A stretch of 64,000 bases of DNA from Candidatus Latescibacterota bacterium. Its GTDB lineage: Bacteria > Latescibacterota > UBA2968 > UBA8231. Shown here one piece after another: positions 28,433 to 39,200 of the stretch (the first letter of the stretch is position 1; the number at the start of each line of letters is the position of its first letter). Below the pieces are notes generated by a model, which saw only the letters and a list, made by a program, of their open reading frames with translations, was not told the origin of the DNA and made no database searches. The stretch covers positions 352,001 to 416,000 of the forward strand of contig OZ241889.1 in the NCBI GenBank assembly GCA_965203355.1, written 5' to 3'. Made by a program: the position numbers and the translations under genes.

Positions 28433-29332
28433 ATGGAATTGACGTTGGGATGTCCCATAAATGTAGCCGTGCAGCGGACCGGGCTTTCGGCCCACGTCAT
28501 CCGCGTCTGGGAAAAGCGCTATCAAGCGGTGGTGCCCGCACGGTCGGAGACCAATAGACGGCTTTATTCGGACGCGGACATCGCACGCCTACAAGTGTTG
28601 CAGCGGGCGGTTCAGGTCGGACATAACATTGGCCGCATCGCTCATCTTCCCACGCCCCAGTTGGAGCAGCTGGTCCGTCCTGATGGAGTGAGTGAGGAAA
28701 AAGACCCTGGGGAATTTCTCGAACAAGCCTTAGTCGCAGTACAAAGGTTAGACGCGATCTCGCTCGAAAATCAGCTCGTCCGCGCCTCCATCGCGTTGAG
28801 CCAACCGTGCCTGATCGAAGAAGTGGTGCAGCCGCTTATGGAGTGCGTCGGCCAGAGGTGGCAGGCGGGCACCTTGCGAATAGCCGACGAACACATGGCC
28901 TCGGCCGTGGTGCGCAGCTTTATCGGCAACCTACGCGCCAGTTTCCAAATATCGGCGACCGCTCCCCATGTCATTGCGACCACGCCCGCCGGGCAGTTGC
29001 ACGAGATAGGGGCCTTGCTCGCGACAGTCGTGGCCACGTCAGAAGGCTGGAATTCGACGTTTCTGGGGGCCAACCTACCAGCCGAGGAAATCGCCGGAGC
29101 CGCCGTGCAAAAGGATGCCAAGGCTGTCTTGCTCAGCATCATCTATCCGGGCGACGATCCCCATCTGGGCGGCGAGTTGCTCAAATTGCGCCGGCTGCTG
29201 GGCGACGACATGGCCCTGCTCGTTGGCGGCCGGGCCGCCTGGCATTACCAGCGTTTTCTCAGCCAAGCTAGGGCCGTTAGCCTAGCAAACCTGAGTGACT
29301 TGCGCGATTCCCTGAATTCTTTGCGCCCGTAG
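28433..29332 (+). CDS. CarH/LitR-like MerR-family regulator with cobalamin-binding domain
   Basis: MerR HTH (IRVWEKRY..V.P.RSETNRRLYS), W-x9-EH (WQAGTLRIADEH), QLHEIG B12-binding motif. Confidence 0.9.
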   Translation: MELTLGCPINVAVQRTGLSAHVIRVWEKRYQAVVPARSETNRRLYSDADIARLQVLQRAVQVGHNIGRIAHLPTPQLEQLVRPDGVSEEKDPGEFLEQALVAVQRLDAISLENQLVRASIALSQPCLIEEVVQPLMECVGQRWQAGTLRIADEHMASAVVRSFIGNLRASFQISATAPHVIATTPAGQLHEIGALLATVVATSEGWNSTFLGANLPAEEIAGAAVQKDAKAVLLSIIYPGDDPHLGGELLKLRRLLGDDMALLVGGRAAWHYQRFLSQARAVSLANLSDLRDSLNSLRP

Positions 29333-29396
29333 GGGCAAGACGCGGACTGGGGTGGATTCTCATACGAGGGTAAAACAAGTGACAGCTAGGAATCAA

Positions 29397-30350
29397 ATGG
29401 AACATACAAACGCACCGCCGCTCAAAGGCTGGCGGCTGGCTTTTCTGCGCTGGTTTAAGGGCGATGAGGCCGTTGTCGCCGCGGTCGCCGAAGGCGAGCA
29501 GCAAGTCGATTGGGTCCGCATGGTGCCTTTTGCGGCACTGCACTTGAGTTGTCTCGGGGTTTTGTGGGTGGGTTGGAGTCCCGTGGCCGTGGGCGTGGCG
29601 GTTGTGGCCTACTGGGTGCGGATGTTCGCCATAACCGGGTTTTACCACCGCTACTTTTCGCACCGCACGTTCAAGACCTCGCGGGCCGGGCAGTTCCTCT
29701 TTGCCGTGCTGGGCAATACAGCCGTGCAGCGCGGGCCGTTGTGGTGGGCCGGGCACCACCGCCACCACCATCGCCACTCCGATGTGGCCAGCGACGTGCA
29801 TTCGCCCAAAGAGCACGGGTTTTGGTGGAGCCACGTACTGTGGATCACCTCGCGGTCGAATTTTCCCACCCGTCTGTACAATGTGCGCGACTTGGCCCGT
29901 TTTCCCGAACTGCGCTTGCTCGACCGCTTTGACATCGTCGTGCCCATTTTGCTAGCAGTGGCGATGTACGCCTTAGGGGAGTATTGTGGCAGCCGCTTCC
30001 CGGCGTCGGGCACCAGCGGCTGGCAGATGCTCGTCTGGGGGTTCTCCATTTCCACCATCGTCCTGTTCCACGGCACCTGCACCATCAATTCGCTCTCCCA
30101 TCTCTTTGGTCGCCGCCGCTTTGCCACCCAAGACCACAGCCGCAATAACATCTGGCTGGCACTCATCACTATGGGCGAAGGCTGGCACAACAATCACCAC
30201 TATTACCCGGGGGCAGCGCGGCAGGGTTTTTACTGGTGGGAGCTCGACCCAACCTATTACCTGCTCAAAGTGCTGTCGTGGATCGGTCTGGTGCGCGATC
30301 TTCGGCCCGTGCCCAAGCGAGTTTACGACCGGGCGATCCGCAGGCCATGA
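29397..30350 (+). CDS. Acyl-CoA (Delta9-like) fatty acid desaturase
   Basis: His boxes HRYFSH, HRHHH and GEGWHNNHH. Confidence 0.93.
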   Translation: MEHTNAPPLKGWRLAFLRWFKGDEAVVAAVAEGEQQVDWVRMVPFAALHLSCLGVLWVGWSPVAVGVAVVAYWVRMFAITGFYHRYFSHRTFKTSRAGQFLFAVLGNTAVQRGPLWWAGHHRHHHRHSDVASDVHSPKEHGFWWSHVLWITSRSNFPTRLYNVRDLARFPELRLLDRFDIVVPILLAVAMYALGEYCGSRFPASGTSGWQMLVWGFSISTIVLFHGTCTINSLSHLFGRRRFATQDHSRNNIWLALITMGEGWHNNHHYYPGAARQGFYWWELDPTYYLLKVLSWIGLVRDLRPVPKRVYDRAIRRP

Positions 30351-31609
30351 AGCCGGGGCCGGGGCGGCGCATCGCCGTAGTGGGGGGAGGTATCTCCGGC
30401 TTGGTCGCGGCCTATCTGCTGCACTCCGATCACCACCTCACGCTGTTTGAAGCCAACGATTACATCGGCGGCCATACCCGTACCTTAGAAGTCGAGCAGG
30501 AAGGGCGCTCCTATGCGGTGGATACCGGCTTTATCGTCTTCAACGAACCCAACTACCCGCAGTTCAATCGCCTGTTGCAGCATTTGGGCGTGGCTTCCCA
30601 GCCAACTCAAATGGGGTTCAGCGTCAAATGCGACCGCACGGGTCTGGAATACGCCAGCACACCGCTGAGCAGTCTGCTGGCCCAGCGGCGCAATGCGCTG
30701 CGGCCGTCGTTCTACCGCATGTTGGCCGATATCTTGCGCTTCAACCGCGAGGCACCCGAGTTATTGCGCGATCCCAATGACGCTACTACCCTCGGCGATT
30801 ATCTGGCCGACAACGGCTACTCCCAGGCTTTTGTCCAACACCATATCATCCCCTTGGGGTCGGCCCTGTGGTCGGCCTTGCCCGACCGCATGTGCGAGTT
30901 TCCAGCGCACTACTTCGTCCAGTTTTTCGCCAACCACGCTTTTTTGCAAGTGCGCGGACGAACGCCTTGGCGCGTCATCAAAGGAGGCTCGCAGCGCTAC
31001 GTCGAGGCGCTGATCCGCCCCTTTAGAGAGCGCATCCGCGTCAATTGTCCCGTGGCTTCGGTGCGGCGTTTGCGCCAAGGAGTGGAAGTGCGGCCTCGGG
31101 CCGGAGAACCCGAACACTTCGACGAAGTCATCTTGGCCGTACACAGCGACCAGGCACTGCGGCTATTGGCCGATCCGGCCCCAGTCGAGCGCCGAGTGCT
31201 CGGAGCCATGCCGTATCAAGCCAACGATGTCGTCCTCCACACCGACGCATCCGTGTTGCCCAAGCGCCGCCGCGCCTGGGCTAGCTGGAATTACTACATC
31301 CCGCCCGACAGGGGATGCCCCGCCACCGTCACGTACAATATGAACATCCTCCAAAGCATGGAGAGCCACCAACCCTTCTGCGTCAGCCTCAACCGCACCA
31401 ACGACATTGATCCAGAGCAGCGCATCGCCCGCATGACCTATCACCACCCAGTCTATTCGCCGGCCTCAGTCGCCGCGCAAAAGCAGCGGTCTCGCATCGA
31501 CGGGGTCGATCGCGTCCACTACTGCGGCGCCTATTGGGGCTTTGGTTTTCACGAGGACGGGGTAGCCAGTGCCTTGGAAGTAACGCGGCGCTTTGGCAAG
31601 ACCCTATGA
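30347..31609 (+). CDS. FAD-dependent oxidoreductase (UfaD-like)
   Basis: IAVVGGGISGL, GGHT, VDTGFIVFN..NYP, AWASWNY, GAYWGFGFHEDG; ATGA overlap. Confidence 0.88.
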   Translation: MKPGPGRRIAVVGGGISGLVAAYLLHSDHHLTLFEANDYIGGHTRTLEVEQEGRSYAVDTGFIVFNEPNYPQFNRLLQHLGVASQPTQMGFSVKCDRTGLEYASTPLSSLLAQRRNALRPSFYRMLADILRFNREAPELLRDPNDATTLGDYLADNGYSQAFVQHHIIPLGSALWSALPDRMCEFPAHYFVQFFANHAFLQVRGRTPWRVIKGGSQRYVEALIRPFRERIRVNCPVASVRRLRQGVEVRPRAGEPEHFDEVILAVHSDQALRLLADPAPVERRVLGAMPYQANDVVLHTDASVLPKRRRAWASWNYYIPPDRGCPATVTYNMNILQSMESHQPFCVSLNRTNDIDPEQRIARMTYHHPVYSPASVAAQKQRSRIDGVDRVHYCGAYWGFGFHEDGVASALEVTRRFGKTL

Positions 31610-32409
31610 GCCGCCATAGCTGCATATACGAAGGGCGGGTGCGGCATCGCCGCTTTGCTCCAGTAGCTCACGTTTTTGAGTACCGGCTCTTTATGATGTA
31701 CCTCGATTTAGCCGAATTGCCCCGCTTGTTCGACGGGCGTTGGCTGTGGTCGGCGCAGCGGCCCAACGTGGCCTATTTCCGCCGCGCCGATCACTTGGGC
31801 GCGCCGCAGCATCCCCTAGCGGATTGCGTCCGGCAATTAGTCAAAGACGAGAGCGGACACTATCCCAACGGGCCGGTCCGCTTGCTAACGCACCTGCGCT
31901 ACGGCGGGTACGGCTTCAATCCGGTCAGCTTTTACTACTGCTTCGACCGCGATGACCGGCGCGTCGAGACGGTGGTCGGCGAGGTAAATAACACGCCTTG
32001 GGGCGAGCAACATTGCTATGTCCTGCACCACGGGATCGACCGCGGCCGCGGAGCGCACAAGCGCTACCAATTCTCCAAGGCGTTCCACGTTTCGCCCTTC
32101 ATGGCCATGCAGCAGGACTACACTTGGCACTTTACGACGCCGCGCCGCACCCTATCAGTACACATGGACAACTGGCAGGACGGCCACCACTTATTCGACG
32201 CGACCCTAATGCTGCAACGGCGAGAAATAAGCGCGGCCGCACTGGCGCGGGTCTTGGTGCAGTATCCGTTGATAACGACAAAAGTCATGGCCGCCATTCA
32301 CTGGCAGGCCCTAAAACTGTGGCTCAAGCGCTGTCCGTTCTACCCGCATCCCAAGTCGTTGACAAAGGAAAAAGACTATGTCGCAACTGGCTCTCTACCC
32401 CGCCGTTAA
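31606..32409 (+). CDS. DUF1365 family protein (UfaO-like)
   Basis: YEGRVRHRR, FNPVSFYYC, EVNNTPWGE, KAFHVSPF, IHWQALKLW. Confidence 0.92.
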   Translation: MSRHSCIYEGRVRHRRFAPVAHVFEYRLFMMYLDLAELPRLFDGRWLWSAQRPNVAYFRRADHLGAPQHPLADCVRQLVKDESGHYPNGPVRLLTHLRYGGYGFNPVSFYYCFDRDDRRVETVVGEVNNTPWGEQHCYVLHHGIDRGRGAHKRYQFSKAFHVSPFMAMQQDYTWHFTTPRRTLSVHMDNWQDGHHLFDATLMLQRREISAAALARVLVQYPLITTKVMAAIHWQALKLWLKRCPFYPHPKSLTKEKDYVATGSLPRR

Positions 32410-33664
32410 AAAACGGCCGCTCGGTCTCGGCGGTTGGCTGGATCGCTGGGCGCGGCGCTTGGTGTTGAGGCAATTGCAGCACTTGCAGCGCGGGGCGATT
32501 TGCCTAGTCGAAGGCGAACAGCGCCGCACCTTTGGGCCGGGCGAAGCCGGTCCCCAAGTGGTTTTGCAGGTCCACCACCCGCGCTTTTTCCGCGCCTTAG
32601 CCCTCCGGGGCACGATTGGCGCGGCCGAAGCCTACATGCAGGGGTGGTGGAGTTGCGACGATCTGCCGGCCATGTGCCGCTTGGCCGTGGCCAATATGGA
32701 GTGGATGCAGCAGCGCGAGCAAGGCTGGGCGCGGTTGGCCGCACCGGCGCGCGTGTTGGCGCATGCCCTCAAGCGCAACACGCTCCCAGGTAGCCGGCGC
32801 AACATCGCCGCGCACTACGATTTGAGCAATGACTTTTTCCGCCTCTTCCTCGACGACAATATGATGTATTCGAGTGCCGTATTTCCGCGCCCGGACAGTA
32901 CGCTGGAAGAAGCCGCGCGCTACAAGGTGGACCGCATCTGCAAAAAGCTAGCCCTCGCGCCCGAGGATCATCTATTGGAAATCGGCACCGGATGGGGCGG
33001 CTTCGCCCTGCACGCGGCCCGCGAGTACGGTTGCCGGGTTACCACGGCAACCATTTCGCAGCAACAGTGCGAACTGGCGCGTCAACGAGTGCAGGCGGCT
33101 GGGTTGGCTGGTCGGGTGGAAGTGGTGTTGGCCGACTACCGCGATCTACAGGGACAGTACGACAAACTGGTCTCCATAGAGATGATCGAAGCCGTGGGAC
33201 ATCACTACTTCGACACTTATTTCGGCTGTTGCGCCCGCCTGCTCAAACCCGAAGGGTTGATGCTGTTGCAGGCCATCGTCATTGGCGATTGGGCCTACGA
33301 GCGGGCGCGTCGCTCGGTCGATTTCATCAAGGCATACATCTTTCCGGGCAGTTGCATTCCGTCGGTGGCCGCCATCAGTCGTTCGCTAGCGGCGGCCACG
33401 GATATGCGCTTGGTGCATCTGGAGGATATTGGCCCCCACTACGCGCGCACCTTGCGCGCTTGGCGAACGCGTTTTTGGGACGCAGAAGAGCAAGTGCGTC
33501 AACTAGGCTTTACCGAGGAATTCACTCGCATGTGGGACTTTTACTTTTCCTACTGCATCGGCGGCTTTGAAGAGCGCTATATATCCGATGTGCAAATGCT
33601 CTTGGCTCGGCCAGCCAACCGGCGCACGGCGCAGTTGCCCGAGATTGGGCACGGCGAGGTTTAG
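32378..33664 (+). CDS. Cyclopropane-fatty-acid synthase family SAM methyltransferase (UfaM/CfaS-like)
   Basis: NIAAHYDLSNDFF, LLEIGTGWG, SIEMIEAVG, FIKAYIFPG. Confidence 0.92.
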   Translation: MSQLALYPAVKKRPLGLGGWLDRWARRLVLRQLQHLQRGAICLVEGEQRRTFGPGEAGPQVVLQVHHPRFFRALALRGTIGAAEAYMQGWWSCDDLPAMCRLAVANMEWMQQREQGWARLAAPARVLAHALKRNTLPGSRRNIAAHYDLSNDFFRLFLDDNMMYSSAVFPRPDSTLEEAARYKVDRICKKLALAPEDHLLEIGTGWGGFALHAAREYGCRVTTATISQQQCELARQRVQAAGLAGRVEVVLADYRDLQGQYDKLVSIEMIEAVGHHYFDTYFGCCARLLKPEGLMLLQAIVIGDWAYERARRSVDFIKAYIFPGSCIPSVAAISRSLAAATDMRLVHLEDIGPHYARTLRAWRTRFWDAEEQVRQLGFTEEFTRMWDFYFSYCIGGFEERYISDVQMLLARPANRRTAQLPEIGHGEV

Positions 33665-33668
33665 GCCC

Positions 33669-34454
33669 GTGTTGAGCGTGTTGGTCTATAGTTTGCCGAT
33701 GGCCATGGTGGGTATGGCGGCGCTGTATTGGCTACAGCGGCGCCGGGGCGACGCGGGCGTCGTTGACCTGGGCTGGGCTGGGGGCATTGGGCTGGTAGCC
33801 ATGGCCGTAGCCTATAGTGGCGATGGCTGGGAAGCGCGGCGGCTGTTGCTCGGCCTGATGGGCGCGGTGTGGTCCTTCCGCCTGACCGCTTATCTGATGA
33901 TCAGAGCCGAGGAAGAGGACGGCCGCTATCAAATGCTGCGTGCCCAATGGGGCGCCAAAGCCCAACGGTACTTTTTCTATTTGTTCCAAGCGCAGGCTTT
34001 GCTGGTGGTTTTATTTGGCCTGCCTTTTGTCGCCGTGGCGGCCAAAACTCACGTGGGGTGGACCGCTTGGGATGTCGCCGGTGTGTTGGTGTGGACGGTG
34101 GCCGTGGTCGGCGAATGGGTAGCCGACCGCCAGTTGGCCACCTTCCGCAGCCAATCGGCCAACCACGGGCGCGTCTGCGACCGCGGCCTGTGGCGTTATT
34201 CGCGCCATCCCAACTACTTTTTTGAGTGGATTCACTGGTGGGCCTACGTGGTCATGGCGGTCGGGTCGGCGCACGGGTGGTTGGCTTGGGTTGGGCCGGT
34301 GCTGATGTTGTTTCTGCTGTACCGCGTGACGGGCATTCCCTACACTGAAAAGCGGGCACTGGCCAGCCGCGGCGAGGACTACCGCCGCTATCAGCGCACC
34401 ACCAGTGCCTTTGTTCCGTGGTTTCCCCGCCGAGAAAATTTTGGACGCGATTGA
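33669..34454 (+). CDS. DUF1295 family membrane protein (steroid 5-alpha-reductase-like)
   Basis: [41 protein letters not shown]. Confidence 0.9.
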   Translation: MLSVLVYSLPMAMVGMAALYWLQRRRGDAGVVDLGWAGGIGLVAMAVAYSGDGWEARRLLLGLMGAVWSFRLTAYLMIRAEEEDGRYQMLRAQWGAKAQRYFFYLFQAQALLVVLFGLPFVAVAAKTHVGWTAWDVAGVLVWTVAVVGEWVADRQLATFRSQSANHGRVCDRGLWRYSRHPNYFFEWIHWWAYVVMAVGSAHGWLAWVGPVLMLFLLYRVTGIPYTEKRALASRGEDYRRYQRTTSAFVPWFPRRENFGRD

Positions 34455-35487
34455 TTGGGCCGAGCGGGGCCTGTTGCCCGATGCGCTCATCCGCTGGGGC
34501 ATCCGCCGCTTCAATCGCGAGCGTTTGCGACAAGAGCGAGGGGCCGACTGCGAGGCCGAGCAGGCGGCCAAATGCCGCTTCATCGCCGCCATGGATCAAG
34601 CGCCCATCGCCCTGCATACGCAGAGCGCCAACGAGCAGCACTACGAGCTGCCGCCCGAGTTTTTCCAACTGGTCTTGGGCCGCCATCTCAAGTACAGCGG
34701 CTGTTATTTCCCGGCGCAGACAGACAGCCTAGACCAAGCCGAAGCGGCCATGCTGGAACTGACCTGTCAGCGCGCCGACCTACAAGACGGCCAAGACGTG
34801 CTGGAATTGGGTTGCGGCTGGGGGTCGCTGACCTTGTGGATGGCGCAACATTATCCCGGCAGCCGCATAACCGCGGTGTCCAATTCAACCTTGCAGCGCA
34901 ACTTTATCGAAGAGCGCTGCAACGCCCTAGGGATAGACAACGTCGCGGTGATCACCGAGGATATGAACGAGTTCGCGGCACCGGGACGCTACGACCGGGT
35001 GGTATCGGTGGAGATGTTCGAGCACATGCGCAATTACCGTGCGCTCATGCGGCGCATCGCTAGCTGGCTCAAACCGGCTGGCTTGCTATTCATCCATATC
35101 TTCGTCCACCGCCTCTACGCATACACCTTTGCCGCCGAGTGCAAAAACGACTGGATGGGGTGTTATTTTTTTACCGGCGGCATCATGCCCTCTGACGATT
35201 TGCTGCACTACTTCCAAGACGATTTAGTCCTAGAGGCGCAATGGCGGGTCAATGGCCGGCATTACGCTCGCACGGCCGAGCATTGGCTGGCCAATCTCGA
35301 CGCGCGGCGCTCGGAGGTCCTCGCCATTTTGGAGCGCCAGTACGGCGCGGCCCAAAAGCAGCGCTGGTTGCAACGCTGGCGTATGTTCTTTATGGCCTGC
35401 GCCGAATTGTGGGGCTACAACGACGGGCAGGAGTGGTGGGTGTCGCACTATCGCTTTAAGCAGAGAGAGACGAATGTCAGCATTTAG
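34441..35487 (+). CDS. CFA/coclaurine N-methyltransferase-like SAM methyltransferase
   Basis: [45 protein letters not shown]. Confidence 0.9.
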   Translation: MDAIDWAERGLLPDALIRWGIRRFNRERLRQERGADCEAEQAAKCRFIAAMDQAPIALHTQSANEQHYELPPEFFQLVLGRHLKYSGCYFPAQTDSLDQAEAAMLELTCQRADLQDGQDVLELGCGWGSLTLWMAQHYPGSRITAVSNSTLQRNFIEERCNALGIDNVAVITEDMNEFAAPGRYDRVVSVEMFEHMRNYRALMRRIASWLKPAGLLFIHIFVHRLYAYTFAAECKNDWMGCYFFTGGIMPSDDLLHYFQDDLVLEAQWRVNGRHYARTAEHWLANLDARRSEVLAILERQYGAAQKQRWLQRWRMFFMACAELWGYNDGQEWWVSHYRFKQRETNVSI

Positions 35488-37726
35488 ACGGAGATGGACT
35501 TGGATGGCGGCTATCTTGGTGGCCGGGCCCGGGGTGGCCCAGCCCCCGGGAGCCACTTTGAGCGGCTTTGTGACCGACGCCGACAACGGCGAAGCGATGC
35601 TCTTGGCGGTTGTCGTGGTGGAGGGTTTTCAACTCGGCGCGACCAGCAACAACAGCGGCTACTACGCCATCAAGCAAGTACCGCCGGGCACACACGTTGT
35701 GAGCACATCGCACATCGGCTACCAAACCCGCTGGGACACGCTGAGTTTTGGCCCCGGCGAGGTCGTGCGGCTCGACGTGGCGTTGGCGGCCACGCCGGTG
35801 GACATTGCCGAGATCGTGGTGGAGACCGAAGGCCGCGAAGAACTGGAGCGAGCCACCCAGAGCAGTTTTATCGCTCTACAGGTCGAGCCATTGCAGCAAA
35901 TGCCGGCCATTGGCGAGGCCGATCTCCTCCGCAGTTTACAGCTATTGCCGGGCATCCAGTCGGCGTCGGATGTCAGCAGCGGCCTGTACGTGCGCGGCGG
36001 TGGCCCCGATCAAACGGCCATCCTCCTCGACCACATCCCCTTGTACAACCCCTCGCACCTGTTTGGCTTCTTCTCGACCTTCAACCCAGACGCCATCAAG
36101 GACGTCCAGCTTTACAAAGGGGCCTACCCAGCCCCGTACGGCCGCACGCTCGGGGCGGTGCTCGACGTGAGCAACCGCGAGGGCAATCGGCAGCGCTTCA
36201 GCAGCCGGGGCGGCATCAGCCTGATCGCGAGCCGCTTGCTGGCCGAAGGGCCAGTCGGCCAAGGCTCGTGGATGATGGCCGGCCGCCGCACCTATCTAGA
36301 ACCTGTGCTCAGCGCCGTCCGCTCTTTCGATGTAGACATCCCCTTGAACTATTACTTCTACGACTTCAACGGCAAGGTCAACCAGCGCTGGGGCGACGAC
36401 ACCTTTACCGTGAGCACGTATTGGGGCCAAGACGACCTGCGGGTGGACGCCGAGGATGAGGATGAGTCTTTCGCCGATCTGCGCTGGGGGAACCGCGCCC
36501 TGACCGCGCGGTGGACGCGGGTGTTTTCGCCGACCCTGTTTGGGCACTTCATGGCCGCTGGATCGTCGTACGAAAACATCCTCTCGTTTAGTTTCTTCGA
36601 CACGCCGTTTGGCGTTACCAACAGCATCCGCGATTGGTCGCTCAAGGGCGACGTGGATTACTTCGCCAACCGCAACCACACGCTCACCCTCGGCTTTCTG
36701 GCCACCCTGTTCGAGTTCGATTATTCCCAATCCTTCAACCAAGAAGAACAGTCCTTGTACCAGAAGTCGGTGTTGGCCTCGGCCTACGTCCAAGACGAAT
36801 GGCAGGCCGGGCCCACCACGCGGCTGCGGCTCGGGGGACGCGGCACCTACTTCAGCGTTGGGGATCGGCTACACTTCGCGCCGAGGCTGTCCCTCAGCCG
36901 CGCCCTCAGCGAAAACATCCGCGTCAAGGCCGCTGCCGGGATGTATCGCCAGTACCTGCAACTGATCACCACCGAAGCCTTCAGCGGCGGCGATTTCTGG
37001 GTGCCGCTCGACGACAGCGTCGAGCCGGGCCGCTCGTATCAAGGGGTGGTAGGTACCGAGTGGAATCCGTCGCGGCGCTACCAACTCTCGGTGGAAGCCT
37101 ACTACACCGACTTGGCCAATCTGGTGGTGCTGGACAATGCGGTGGCCGTCGATAGCGAAAGCACGCGCTCGGATGACATATTCAAAAGCGGGGGCAGCGG
37201 CTGGGCCAGCGGCGTCGAGGTCTTTTTGCAGCGGCGCACTGGAGCACTCACCGGCTGGATAGGCTATACGTTGGGCTGGACGCGGCGCACCTTCCCCGAA
37301 CTAAACAGAGGACGCGCCTTCCCCCCCAAGTACGACCGCCGCCACGATTTATCTTTTGTGGTCTCGTACGACTTGGGGAAATGGCGCCTTGGTTCAAATC
37401 TCGTGTACGCCACCGGACAAGCCTTTACCCCGGCCGCGGCCCGCTATTCGCTGCGCGAGCCAACCACTGGGGAATTGGCAGACTACGTGCTAGCAGCTGA
37501 GCGCAACAGCGCCCGCCTGCTGCCCTACCACCGCCTCGACGCCAGTGCCAGCCGCAAGTTTGGGTTGTGGGGTCTCGATGTCGAGTTCTACGTACAAATT
37601 TTCAATCTCTACAGCCGGCGCAACGAGTGGTTCGTGCAGTTCAACACCAACAATCCCGAGACCAAGCCGGAGGTAATCAAGCAATTGCCCATCGTACCGA
37701 CGCTGGGTTTCAATTTTTCGTTTTAA
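35474..37726 (+). CDS. TonB-dependent receptor (paralog 2)
   Basis: ATG at 35474; same architecture as 16105-18270; C-terminal FNFSF. Confidence 0.9.
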   Translation: MSAFRRRWTWMAAILVAGPGVAQPPGATLSGFVTDADNGEAMLLAVVVVEGFQLGATSNNSGYYAIKQVPPGTHVVSTSHIGYQTRWDTLSFGPGEVVRLDVALAATPVDIAEIVVETEGREELERATQSSFIALQVEPLQQMPAIGEADLLRSLQLLPGIQSASDVSSGLYVRGGGPDQTAILLDHIPLYNPSHLFGFFSTFNPDAIKDVQLYKGAYPAPYGRTLGAVLDVSNREGNRQRFSSRGGISLIASRLLAEGPVGQGSWMMAGRRTYLEPVLSAVRSFDVDIPLNYYFYDFNGKVNQRWGDDTFTVSTYWGQDDLRVDAEDEDESFADLRWGNRALTARWTRVFSPTLFGHFMAAGSSYENILSFSFFDTPFGVTNSIRDWSLKGDVDYFANRNHTLTLGFLATLFEFDYSQSFNQEEQSLYQKSVLASAYVQDEWQAGPTTRLRLGGRGTYFSVGDRLHFAPRLSLSRALSENIRVKAAAGMYRQYLQLITTEAFSGGDFWVPLDDSVEPGRSYQGVVGTEWNPSRRYQLSVEAYYTDLANLVVLDNAVAVDSESTRSDDIFKSGGSGWASGVEVFLQRRTGALTGWIGYTLGWTRRTFPELNRGRAFPPKYDRRHDLSFVVSYDLGKWRLGSNLVYATGQAFTPAAARYSLREPTTGELADYVLAAERNSARLLPYHRLDASASRKFGLWGLDVEFYVQIFNLYSRRNEWFVQFNTNNPETKPEVIKQLPIVPTLGFNFSF

Positions 37727-37736
37727 GGAGGAAATC

Positions 37737-38654
37737 GTGCGTTGCGTTTTTATCGTCCTATGTCTGACGGCCTGCGCTGCCGAGCGCCAGCCAGGCGAAC
37801 TCTTCGGCTCAGTAGCCGAAGACAGCGCGTTGGTGGTGGACGGGATTCTGCTAGTGGATAAGCCCCTGCCCGAATTGTTCGTGCGGCGCACCTTGCCTCC
37901 CGGCCAATTCTACAGTCGGGAGGCGACCGGGGTGCTCGACGCCCAAGTGCGCGTCTTTCAAGGGGACCAGACCTTCGAGTACACATCCGACCTCGCGGCA
38001 CCCGGCCGCTATCTGCCCCCATCAGAGGCCCCGCAAGTGGAACCCCAGACCGAGTACCGGCTAGCAGTAAAAGTCGCGGAAAAGACAGTCCGGGCGAGCA
38101 CGACCACGCCAGCGCGAATGCGGGTGCGGCAGGCGGTTTTATTGGACGAAGACACTCAAGAAGTCGCGCGGACGCTCAAGTCATTTGCCGAGGTGGGGGA
38201 CGCGGTGTACACGGCACCGGAAAATCAGCTTACCCATCTGGAGGGTCTGCTCGAAATCCACTTGGAAAAGGCGGGCGAAGCGTACCAAGCGGCACTCTTC
38301 GCCTTGGCCGAGGACGCGCAACTGCTCGACGAGGATTTCCCCGATATATACGACCGGAACCCGGAAGACTTGCGATCCAACCAATCGCCGCCCTTCGCCG
38401 CCAGCGACGGAATCGTGCGCTGGCCGTGGTTCGCCGTGGTTTATACCGGGCGTTCTCTGATGAAGGTGTACGCAATAGACCACAACTGGTTCGAGTACGC
38501 CCGCTCTAGCCCCGACCAGCAGGAACAGGGCGGCTTTGGGGGGATGATTGGCGAAAATTTCGAGCGGCCCTTTTTTCAGGTAGAGGGCGGCATCGGGCTA
38601 TTTGCGTCGGCGTCGGTGGATTCGGTGGGATTTGTCGTCCTGCCGCGCCCGTGA
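37737..38654 (+). CDS. DUF4249-like lipoprotein, partner of the TonB receptor
   Basis: Lipobox LTAC; C-terminal VEGGIGLFASASVD; AAGGAGG RBS. Confidence 0.75.
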   Translation: MRCVFIVLCLTACAAERQPGELFGSVAEDSALVVDGILLVDKPLPELFVRRTLPPGQFYSREATGVLDAQVRVFQGDQTFEYTSDLAAPGRYLPPSEAPQVEPQTEYRLAVKVAEKTVRASTTTPARMRVRQAVLLDEDTQEVARTLKSFAEVGDAVYTAPENQLTHLEGLLEIHLEKAGEAYQAALFALAEDAQLLDEDFPDIYDRNPEDLRSNQSPPFAASDGIVRWPWFAVVYTGRSLMKVYAIDHNWFEYARSSPDQQEQGGFGGMIGENFERPFFQVEGGIGLFASASVDSVGFVVLPRP

Positions 38655-38682
38655 CCGAAAATCCCGCCAACGCGCCTGCGCT

Positions 38683-39186
38683 CTAGTTCTCGCCCTGCGG
38701 CTTCCTGCTTGCCAGATCTCGATCCATCAGAAAGAGGCCGTCGCGGCTTTCGCTGATCAGCTCCATGTCGCTGACGATATTGCGGACGATGGCCTCCTCC
38801 TCCACCTGCTCGTTGACGAACCACTGCATAAAGGTGTGCGTGGCGTGGTCGCCCTCGGCCAGGGCCTCATTTACTACCGCGTAGATTCGCTTGCTCAAAG
38901 CCCGCTCGCCTTCCAGCGCGGACTTGAAGGCGTCCAACGGCGAGTCCCACTCGCTGTGTGGTGCAGCTATGGCCTGCAAGCGCACGCGACCATCGCGGTC
39001 GTTGATGAAGGCGTAGATCCTTTCCGCGTGCATCAGCTCTTCTTGGTACTGGATCTTCATCCAATGGGCAAAGCCATGAAGCTCGAGGTCCTCGAAATAA
39101 GCCGCCAGCGACAGGTACGTATAGGCCGAGGAAAACTCGCAATTGAGTTGGTCGTTGAGTGCCTGTTGCAATTTTTCACTGAGCAT
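38683..39186 (-). CDS. ftnA: Non-heme ferritin
   Basis: LNDQLNCE.SSAYTY, EELMHA, FMQWFVNEQVEEE. Confidence 0.93.
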   Translation of the reverse strand: MLSEKLQQALNDQLNCEFSSAYTYLSLAAYFEDLELHGFAHWMKIQYQEELMHAERIYAFINDRDGRVRLQAIAAPHSEWDSPLDAFKSALEGERALSKRIYAVVNEALAEGDHATHTFMQWFVNEQVEEEAIVRNIVSDMELISESRDGLFLMDRDLASRKPQGEN

Positions 39187-39200
39187 CTTTTTCTCCTTTA

